Shown here: positions 8,357 through 14,937 of the stretch, piece by piece
How the letters are laid out: every line of letters begins with the position of its first letter
How positions within the stretch are numbered: position 1 is the first letter of the stretch
NCBI GenBank assembly: GCA_017514685.1
Contig: JAFWJN010000043.1
Location: forward strand, 35,167-99,166
DNA from: Clostridia bacterium
Lineage (GTDB): Bacteria; Bacillota; Clostridia; Christensenellales; CAG-138
Reading direction: 5' to 3'
DNA: 64,000 nucleotides
Program-made: the position numbers and the translations under genes
Notes under the pieces: model-generated
Seen by the model: the letters and a program-made list of their open reading frames with translations, nothing else
The model's database searches: none
What the model was told of the DNA's origin: nothing

Positions 8357-11176
8357 ATGTCCATCTTCAAATGCAAAATGTGCGGGGGCACGATCGAATT
8401 CAACGAAGGCGATACGATCGGCGTGTGCGACAGCTGCGGAACGAAGCAGACGCTGCCGCGGCTGGATTCCGACCGCAAGACGAATCTGTACGACCGCGCG
8501 AATCATTTTCGCCGGAACAACGAGTTCGACAAGGCGATGTCGATCTATGAGAACATCTTGAACGAGGATCAGTCCGACGCTGAGGCGTACTGGTCGATCG
8601 TGCTGTGCCGCTACGGCATCGAGTACGTCGAGGATCCCGCGACACATCGGCGCGTGCCGACGGTCAACCGTGCGCAGTTCACGTCGATTTTCGACGACGA
8701 GGACTACAAATCCGCGTTGAAAAACGCGGACGCACTGCAGCGCTCGATCTACGAGGAGGAAGCAAAGACGATCAACGAGATCCAGAAGGGCATCCTCGAA
8801 ATCAGCGCCAAAGAGGAGCCGTTCGACGTGTTCATCTGCTATAAGGAGACGGATGCAAACGGCCGCCGCACGCCGGATTCTGTGCTCGCGACGGACCTCT
8901 ATCATCAGCTGACCAACGAGGGCTTCAAGGTCTTCTTCTCGCGCATCACGCTCGAGGACAAGCTCGGCACGGCATACGAGCCGTACATCTTCGCCGCGCT
9001 GAACTCGGCCAAGGCGATGGTCGTCCTCGGCACCAAGCCGGAGCATTTCAACGCCGTGTGGGTCAAAAACGAGTGGAGCCGCTACCTCGCGCTGATCAAG
9101 GCGGGCGCAAAGAAGACGCTGATCCCCGCATATCGCGACATGGATCCCTACGATCTGCCGGAGGAGTTTTCGCATCTGCAGGCGCAGGATATGAGTAAGC
9201 TCGGTTTTATGCAGGATCTGATCCGCGGCATCAAAAAGATCGTCAGAACCGAAGAACCGAAGCAGACGACCATCCGTGAAACGGTCGTGCAGCAGGCGGC
9301 GCAGACCAATACGGCTCCTTTGCTTCGCCGTGCTTTCATGTTCCTGGAGGACAGCAACTGGCAGAGCGCCGATGAGTACTGCGAGAAGGTCCTCGACCTC
9401 GATCCCGAAAACGCGGAAGCATATCTCGGCAAGCTGATGGCGGAGCTGCACGTCAGAACGAGGGACGTGCTGAAAGACGCGGACGAGCCATTTGATGATT
9501 CCAACAATTACAAAAAGGCATACCGCTTCGGCGACGACAAACTGAAGGCAAAGCTTTCCGGGGATATCGCCTTTATCAACGAGCGAAATGAAAACGCGCG
9601 TCTGACCGGGATCTACAACAACGGCGTAAAGGCTATGAATGCCGCATCAACGGAATCCGCATATAGATCAGCGGCTGCGACCTTCAAAACGATTCCCGGT
9701 TTCAAGGATGCGGACGTCCTTGCGGACCGTTGTCTGGAACAAGCTGAGATCTGCCGCAAGAACGCGATCTATCAGTCTGCGCGTTCGCAGATGATCGGCA
9801 GTACCGTTTCCGGTTACGAGTCTGCGATCAAAACGTTCCAGACGATCCCCGGATGGAAGGATGCGGACGAACAGATCCTTGCCTGTCAGCGCAGAATCGA
9901 AGAGATCAAGGCGAAGGAAGAAGCGGCGCAAAAGGAGCGTGCCCGCAAGGCGGAGGAAGCGCGGATCGCAGAAGAGAAGGCTGCGAAGAAGCGCAAGAGA
10001 ACCATCGCGATCGTTACACCGATTATTGTCGCGTGTATTGCGTTCGTGATTGTACTGACAACGGTAATTATCCCGAATCAAAAATACGCTGCCGCCGTGG
10101 AGCTCTATAACTCAGGGAAGTACGAGGAGGCAATCGCAGCGTTTACAGCACTGGAAGGATATAAAGATAGCGCTGCGCAAATCGAGAAGTGTGAAACGGC
10201 GATCAAAGACGAGAAATACGTTGCCGCCGTGGAGCTCTATAACTCAGGGAAGTACGAGGAGGCAATCGCGGCGTTTACAGCGCTGGACAGTTATAATGAC
10301 AGCGTGGCGCAAATTGAAGTGTGTGAAACCGCAATCAAAGATGAGAAATACGCTGCCGCAGTTGAACTTTATACTGCCGGGAAGTACGATGACGCGATAA
10401 TAGCATTTACAGCGATAGATAAGTATAAGGACAGTTCCGAGATAATCGAAAAGTGTGAAACGGCAATGAAAGACGAAAAATACGTCAAAGCAACGGAACT
10501 CTACAATGCTGGGGAATATGAAGAAGCGAAGAATATTTTTCAAACAATAAACGGATACAAAAATAGTGGGGATCTTATTGATAAGTGTTCGCTAATAATA
10601 TGCCATCCGTGGGATACCATTACATTTGGTAAGAATACTGATGGAAAGATTGAATGGCTAGTTATTCATACAGACGGCGATAGAAAACTGTTACTCTGTA
10701 AAAAACCTGTATGTTCAATGGCTTTTGGAAAAAACATAGAATGGGAGGACTCAAATGTCCGTAAATGGCTAAACAGTAGTTTTTTCAATTCTTCTTTTAG
10801 TAGTATCGAAAAGAAACTGATAGTCAAAACTACGGTTAAAACATTAATTCCAATAATGAAATACATTGACGGTGGTTCATATGAAACGGCAGATGTTAAG
10901 GAAGAGTTGACGGATGATTATGTCTTTCTTATTTCTGCAAAAGAGTTTCAAGACTATTCTGTTGCAAATCATTATGAGCTATCAGGGAGTTGGTGGACAC
11001 GTGATGCACTTAGGTTTTCCGTCTTCAATGGCATAATAACAGATTTACGGTTTACAATCATAACAGATATGGTAACGACACTATATTCTGATCCAAAAAA
11101 AGGAGCATGGGCGGTTGGTGATGAAGAATTTTCTGTTGTACCATTAGTATGGATCGACGTAAGTTCAATTAAATGA
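8357..11176 (+). CDS. Zinc-ribbon / TPR / TIR-domain protein, paralogue 3 (single TM, tandem 44-aa repeats and DUF6273-like module outside)
   Basis: CKMCGG-x11-CDSCG zinc ribbon. TIR core FDVFICYKETDANG...AVWVKNEWSRY (nt ~8822-9215; Glu239 at nt 9071-9073). TPR unit LDPENAEAYLGKLMAEL. KKRKR + TM helix at nt 9986-10075. Four 44-aa tandem repeats, then IEWLVIHTDGDRKLLLCKK...SNVRKWLNSSFFNSSFS. Confidence 0.85.
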   Translation: MSIFKCKMCGGTIEFNEGDTIGVCDSCGTKQTLPRLDSDRKTNLYDRANHFRRNNEFDKAMSIYENILNEDQSDAEAYWSIVLCRYGIEYVEDPATHRRVPTVNRAQFTSIFDDEDYKSALKNADALQRSIYEEEAKTINEIQKGILEISAKEEPFDVFICYKETDANGRRTPDSVLATDLYHQLTNEGFKVFFSRITLEDKLGTAYEPYIFAALNSAKAMVVLGTKPEHFNAVWVKNEWSRYLALIKAGAKKTLIPAYRDMDPYDLPEEFSHLQAQDMSKLGFMQDLIRGIKKIVRTEEPKQTTIRETVVQQAAQTNTAPLLRRAFMFLEDSNWQSADEYCEKVLDLDPENAEAYLGKLMAELHVRTRDVLKDADEPFDDSNNYKKAYRFGDDKLKAKLSGDIAFINERNENARLTGIYNNGVKAMNAASTESAYRSAAATFKTIPGFKDADVLADRCLEQAEICRKNAIYQSARSQMIGSTVSGYESAIKTFQTIPGWKDADEQILACQRRIEEIKAKEEAAQKERARKAEEARIAEEKAAKKRKRTIAIVTPIIVACIAFVIVLTTVIIPNQKYAAAVELYNSGKYEEAIAAFTALEGYKDSAAQIEKCETAIKDEKYVAAVELYNSGKYEEAIAAFTALDSYNDSVAQIEVCETAIKDEKYAAAVELYTAGKYDDAIIAFTAIDKYKDSSEIIEKCETAMKDEKYVKATELYNAGEYEEAKNIFQTINGYKNSGDLIDKCSLIICHPWDTITFGKNTDGKIEWLVIHTDGDRKLLLCKKPVCSMAFGKNIEWEDSNVRKWLNSSFFNSSFSSIEKKLIVKTTVKTLIPIMKYIDGGSYETADVKEELTDDYVFLISAKEFQDYSVANHYELSGSWWTRDALRFSVFNGIITDLRFTIITDMVTTLYSDPKKGAWAVGDEEFSVVPLVWIDVSSIK
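10082..10609 (+). repeat. In-frame tandem repeat, 4 x 132 bp (44 aa), inside TIR paralogue 3
   Basis: Units start at 10082, 10214, 10346 and 10478, each beginning AAATACG. Copies 1 and 2 are almost identical at DNA level. The encoded unit is KY[AV]AAVELYNSGKYEEAIAAFTAL[ED]xY[KN]DSxAQIExCETAIKDE. Confidence 0.9.
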
Positions 11177-11222
11177 AAATTATAATTTCAGGCATGTTTG
11201 AGAAAACTGGTTTAGAAATAAC

Positions 11223-11738
11223 ATGATAAAGAAACTATGTTGCCCCGTTTGCGGGGGACAACAACATATCGTGCCGGATTCCGGACTTGCGGTCTGCGAG
11301 TCGTGCGGGAAGACGGTGGACGCCGATCCGGCGGACGTGCAGAAGTATCGGGAGATTTTCGGCAGCGCCGAGCGCGCGATGCGTTTGCATAGCGCTGCGG
11401 GGTACGAGGACGCGATCCGGCTATTTGGGTCGATCCCATTTGTTTCCGGCGCAAAGGAGAAGCAGGCGGAATGCGAAACACGGCTCTTTGAATTGCAGGA
11501 GAGAACGAAGCGGCACAGGGTGCTATTGCACCGCGAAGACGAAAAGAACACAAAGCTCGGAATCATCCTTTTGATTCTGACGCTCCTGTTTGCCGCCGCG
11601 GCGCTTGCCGGCATTGTGTATCTGATCATCCTTTGGAGCAAAGGCATGCTTTCGCGCACCGCGGTCATCGTCATCTTCTCCGTCGTCGTGATCGCCGTCG
11701 CCCTTGCGCTCTTCGGCAGGTTGAGAGGCGGAAACTGA
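11223..11738 (+). CDS. Zinc-ribbon membrane protein (same ribbon type as the TIR paralogues, no TIR domain)
   Basis: CPVCGG-x12-CESCG zinc ribbon. One degenerate copy of the F..I...C repeat (AIRLFGSIPFVSGAKEKQAEC). Two C-terminal TM helices (LGIILLILTLLFAAAALAGIVYLIIL, AVIVIFSVVVIAVALALFG). Confidence 0.65.
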   Translation: MIKKLCCPVCGGQQHIVPDSGLAVCESCGKTVDADPADVQKYREIFGSAERAMRLHSAAGYEDAIRLFGSIPFVSGAKEKQAECETRLFELQERTKRHRVLLHREDEKNTKLGIILLILTLLFAAAALAGIVYLIILWSKGMLSRTAVIVIFSVVVIAVALALFGRLRGGN

Positions 11739-11756
11739 ACGATAGCAAAGGCAATC

Positions 11757-11785
11757 TTGCTTTTGTACGGAAATCTTGGTATAAT
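11757..11785 (+). promoter_or_regulatory. Sigma-70/SigA-like promoter with no ORF behind it
   Basis: TTGCTT (11757-11762), a 17-nt spacer, then TATAAT (11780-11785). Confidence 0.5.
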
Positions 11786-11831
11786 ACTAATAGAAAATGT
11801 TGAGGCGCAGAACCGTTCCGACAACAAAGCG

Positions 11832-11876
11832 ACAACAGAAAATCAGATAGCGAAGCGAAATAGGATAATACAGACA
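11832..11876. repeat. Core of non-coding module, copy A (paralogue at 14892-14937)
   Basis: ACAACAGAAAATCAGATAGCGAAGCGAAATAGGATAATACAGACA versus ACAACAGAAAAAACAGATAGCAAGGCACGATAGGATAATACAGACA. Weaker similarity extends over ~11780-11940 versus ~14835-15000. Confidence 0.8.
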
Positions 11877-12031
11877 CTTGGGACACGAGAGCACACATTT
11901 CATAAACAAAATTGTTTAAGTTACGGTCTCCCGTGTCGAGTGGGAATAAGGGGCGAATCCCCGCTCATATTCGATGTTCCTGAAAATTCCACTTCGAATG
12001 TTCCTGAGCTAAATTAATATTGAGTGATATT

Positions 12032-12071
12032 GCACCCGAGAACCAATGCCGTTCTCGGATGCCTTTTTATT
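12032..12071 (+). terminator. Rho-independent terminator
   Basis: GCACCCGAGAAC-CAATGCC-GTTCTCGGATGC stem-loop directly followed by CTTTTTATT. Confidence 0.75.
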
Positions 12072-12260
12072 GATACTGCCTCTTCCATTTCAATGAAAAC
12101 TCATCCCGTTTTCGCCTCCCATTTTTCCGCCAATCCCTCCTTCAATTCCCCCTGTTTCTGCTGCTTTTATTCATGAATGAAAACACGAATGAAGTTCTGA
12201 TGAAAACCGCCAAAAACCCAGACAGCAAACGTGGCTTTTTATGTCAACTACCCCAACCTC

Positions 12261-13163
12261 TTATACTTCTGTCGAAGGTTGGAGTAGTTGACAATCTTTA
12301 CATAAAGCAATAAATCGTTTAGCTGAAGCTGTTAAAAACTTATCTTTATGATGGATGATATGGAAATTTCGGCTGAAACTCAACCCTTCAACTTTGACAG
12401 TATTGATTAAACCCTGTCGCAGAGCCGGAAGAATCATTCGATGAGGTAAAACAGCAATTCCCAGTCCGCTGATTACAGCATTGACGAGCGCAGTCGTGCT
12501 CATGGCTTCCCATACCGGTGTAACATGAATACCGGCTTGTGAGGCAACACGGTCAAAAACCTCCCGCGTACCACTTCCTTTCTCTCGTAATAGAAATCGC
12601 TGCTTTTGAAATTCCTCCAGGGAGATGCATTGCTCCTGCATCCAACCTTTTTCAACGCTGCAAATAACGCTTAGATGATCTTCCATATAAGGTTCTGAAA
12701 TAATATTATTATCATGAGCAATACCCTCAATCAAAGCGCAATCCAGTTCGTTTGATAAAATTTTCTGTTCCAAACGTTCTGACTGTTCAATCGTAACCCT
12801 AACATCAATGTCAGGACAGATCTGGGAGAATGCCTTTACATAGCCTGGTAAAAACTGTGAGCCTATCGTAATGCTTGCGCCAATACGAAGAATACCTTTA
12901 GAATCCCAATCATGCAGAACCGTTTCCATATCCGAAAACAAGTCGGATATGTGTATCGCATATTGAAGAAAACGCCGCCCCGCATCAGTGATTTGCAATC
13001 TTCGGCCAATTCTGTCAAACAAATGTACTCCGTAATTTTGCTCCAGCTCCTTAATGGCTAAGCTGACTGCTGGCTGTGTCATATGTAATACTTCCGCTGC
13101 TTTTGTGGAATTATATCCATTTTCACATACGGAACGGAAAATTATCATGTGTCGTATCGTCAT
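12261..13163 (-). CDS. LysR-family transcriptional regulator
   Basis: N-terminal wHTH (FRSVCENGYNSTKAAEVLHMTQPAVSLAIKELE) plus a LysR substrate-binding region. Divergent from the chromate-transporter genes. Confidence 0.85.
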   Translation of the reverse strand: MTIRHMIIFRSVCENGYNSTKAAEVLHMTQPAVSLAIKELEQNYGVHLFDRIGRRLQITDAGRRFLQYAIHISDLFSDMETVLHDWDSKGILRIGASITIGSQFLPGYVKAFSQICPDIDVRVTIEQSERLEQKILSNELDCALIEGIAHDNNIISEPYMEDHLSVICSVEKGWMQEQCISLEEFQKQRFLLREKGSGTREVFDRVASQAGIHVTPVWEAMSTTALVNAVISGLGIAVLPHRMILPALRQGLINTVKVEGLSFSRNFHIIHHKDKFLTASAKRFIALCKDCQLLQPSTEV

Positions 13164-13190
13164 AAAACGCCTCTTATATAAAAAAACTTA

Positions 13191-13207
13191 TTATTTAGAT
13201 TAAATAA
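13191..13207. promoter_or_regulatory. LTTR-type T-N11-A inverted repeat in the divergent promoter region
   Basis: TTATTTA-GAT-TAAATAA perfect inverted repeat. A second ATTATTTAGATTA copy lies immediately downstream, and TATAAT is at 13237-13242. Confidence 0.5.
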
Positions 13208-13274
13208 TATTATTTAGATTATTAAAAATCAAGTAGTATAATGATAATGATCTAGAAAGGACGGCATTATAGAA

Positions 13275-13859
13275 GTGAACAGCTTACAAAAATACAAAAC
13301 ATTGTTTATTACCACTTTCAAGCTGAGCGCTTGCACTTTTGGAGGTGGATTTGTAATCATTCCATTGATGCGAAAGACATTCGTGGAGGAGCTTGGCTGG
13401 ATTGAAGAAGATGAGATGCTGGATTTAACTGCAATCGCGCAGTCTTCACCGGGAGCGATAGCTGTCAATGCTTCTATTCTGGTAGGTTATCATGTGGCAG
13501 GATTCCCCGGAGCTATGATCACAGTATTGGGAACAGTGCTACCACCAATTATCATCATTTCGATAATCTCCATGTTCTATAAAGCATTTAGAGATAATGT
13601 TATTGTGAATATGGCAATGGCAGGAATGCTTTGCGGAGTGGCAGCCGTAATCTGTGATGTCGTGATCAATATGGCAAAAACCATTTTTCAGAAGAAAAGA
13701 TTATTGCCTGTTATCGTCATGCTTGGTTCATTTGTTGCCGTCCGCTTTTTCTCCGTGAACATTATAATCATTATTCTTGTATGTGGACTGATCGGCGCAG
13801 CGGATACATGGTATCAGGGTAAAGTGAAGAAAAGGGGTGAAAAAGATGATATACCTTGA
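13275..13859 (+). CDS. chrA: Chromate transporter (CHR) family, short-chain half 1
   Basis: FKLSACTFGGGFVIIPLMRKTFVEELGWI matches the CHR-family signature. Polytopic membrane protein with a GTG start. Confidence 0.75.
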   Translation: MNSLQKYKTLFITTFKLSACTFGGGFVIIPLMRKTFVEELGWIEEDEMLDLTAIAQSSPGAIAVNASILVGYHVAGFPGAMITVLGTVLPPIIIISIISMFYKAFRDNVIVNMAMAGMLCGVAAVICDVVINMAKTIFQKKRLLPVIVMLGSFVAVRFFSVNIIIIILVCGLIGAADTWYQGKVKKRGEKDDIP

Positions 13860-14409
13860 ATTGTTCTGGAGTTTCTTTCAGATTGGCCTATTCAGTATTG
13901 GCGGCGGTTATGCAGCAATGCCTTTAATACAAAATCAAGTGGTAGATATTCACCCTTGGCTGACAATGACACAATTCGCGGATATTATGACCATCGCTGA
14001 AATGACACCCGGTCCCATAGCAATTAATTCAGCAACTTTTGTTGGAATACAAGTTGCAGGATTCCCTGGAGCTATTATCGCAACTATGGGCTGCATTTTT
14101 CCTTCTTGCGTTATTGTAATGACTCTTGCATATATCTACTATCGTTTCCGCGGATTGAACATGGTACAGGGCATTCTTGCCGGACTTCGCCCCGCAGTCA
14201 TTGCAATGATTGCTTCAGCGGGTATCTCATTGTTTATTATGGCCCTTTACGGACAGAGAACGCTTCCTGCTGATTTAATACCTTTCGATGTAATTGCCAT
14301 GATTATTTTTGTGATCAGTATTATAGTTTTAAGAAAATGGAAAACTAATCCCCTTTGGATTATGGCAGGTTCAGGTGTTGCAGGAATTATTTTGTATTCA
14401 CTGATATGA
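13837..14409 (+). CDS. chrA: Chromate transporter (CHR) family, short-chain half 2
   Basis: FFQIGLFSIGGGYAAMPLIQNQVV signature. Overlaps half 1 by 23 nt, the paired short-CHR arrangement seen with ywrA/ywrB in Bacillus. Confidence 0.75.
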   Translation: MKKMIYLELFWSFFQIGLFSIGGGYAAMPLIQNQVVDIHPWLTMTQFADIMTIAEMTPGPIAINSATFVGIQVAGFPGAIIATMGCIFPSCVIVMTLAYIYYRFRGLNMVQGILAGLRPAVIAMIASAGISLFIMALYGQRTLPADLIPFDVIAMIIFVISIIVLRKWKTNPLWIMAGSGVAGIILYSLI

Positions 14410-14649
14410 AAGAGGAGGAGAATCCTTACAGCATATGATAATATCAGAAGTTCTATATAATATCACACAGACTGCGCTTGTAAAATATAGGTTTATCGTC
14501 AGCGTGGCAAAGACAGATCCACTAAATATGTTGTGAACTTCTGTTAATTCTCCATTATAATATATGTATCAGGCTCAGCTGGCGCTCCGTTTCGGAATTC
14601 ATCTGACCGTTTAAAAAGTGGATAACCTTCCTGCAACGGTGAGAAAAAA

Positions 14650-14745
14650 GGAGAAAGCAAATTCAGACAAAATCATTGAGGCATTACAGCCATGTCCTTG
14701 GAAAGGATATGCATATGATGATTTACGGAAATGGAGGCGTTCCTT
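14650..14745 (+). pseudogene. Degenerate duplicate of the RBS + first ~29 codons of the esterase gene at 15708
   Basis: Gapless alignment of 14650-14745 with 15697-15792 gives 84 of 96 identical positions by hand count. The ATG is replaced by ATT, and similarity ends abruptly at 14745. Confidence 0.8.
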
Positions 14746-14817
14746 AGTATATGGAAGGCGTCAGTTTTACTGCGGAACCGTAAGGAACCCTTCCGACAAG
14801 CATACCGCGTTTGACTT

Positions 14818-14847
14818 TTGACAGCAAACGTGGTATTTTTTTATAAC
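14818..14847 (+). promoter_or_regulatory. Sigma-70/SigA-like promoter upstream of module copy B and the YcxB-like gene
   Basis: TTGACA (14818-14823), a 17-18-nt spacer, then TTATAAC (-10 as TATAAC). Confidence 0.5.
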
Positions 14848-14891
14848 AATCGATAGCGCTTATCGCGCGTTTCGGTGTTTGCAACAAAACT

Positions 14892-14937
14892 ACAACAGAA
14901 AAAACAGATAGCAAGGCACGATAGGATAATACAGACA
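14892..14937. repeat. Core of non-coding module, copy B (paralogue at 11832-11876)
   Basis: See copy A. It is followed by a 9-bp hairpin stem CAGACAGTA...TACTGTCTG (14932-14989). Confidence 0.8.

Larger units (their letters stand above)
11792..12071 (+). ncRNA. Candidate ~280-nt non-coding transcript (promoter to terminator, no credible ORF); family unknown
   Basis: Bounded by the promoter at 11757-11785 and the strong terminator at 12032-12071. It contains the module shared with 14841-15000 plus internal hairpins (GACACGAGAG...CTCCCGTGTC, GGGG-CGAAT-CCCC). The only ORF (11757..12017) starts inside the promoter and lacks an SD. Confidence 0.3.

Noticed and set aside
1232-9507. Multiple 100-380-aa minus-strand ORFs antisense to the three TIR genes (e.g. 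1730..2314, 2728..3216, 3135..3779, 8303..9451).
   Set aside because: These are shadow ORFs of GC-rich coding sequence. Their translations are Arg/Leu-rich nonsense that repeats between paralogues only because the sense genes are paralogous.
10082-10609. Considered whether the 132-bp repeats (and the PT tract at 38171-38296) could be a CRISPR array.
   Set aside because: The repeats are contiguous with no unique spacers, are in frame within long ORFs with conserved protein motifs, and no cas genes are present.
11757-12017. 86-aa ORF in the intergenic region after the zinc-ribbon membrane protein.
   Set aside because: Its start codon lies inside the -35 element of the promoter, there is no SD, and the sequence is implausible. 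The region is better explained as non-coding.
12085-12215. Three copies of ATGAAAAC (in CAATGAAAACTC, GAATGAAAACAC and TGATGAAAACCG) in the spacer before the LysR gene 3' end. Considered as possible iterons or binding sites.
   Set aside because: An 8-mer occurring three times in an AT-rich spacer is weak evidence. There is no symmetric arrangement and no adjacent replication or regulatory gene facing it.
14618-14821. 67-aa ORF upstream of the YcxB-like gene.
   Set aside because: It reads through the decayed esterase 5' fragment in a shifted context. It has no SD and no start codon equivalent to the parent gene, so it is treated as a pseudogene remnant.
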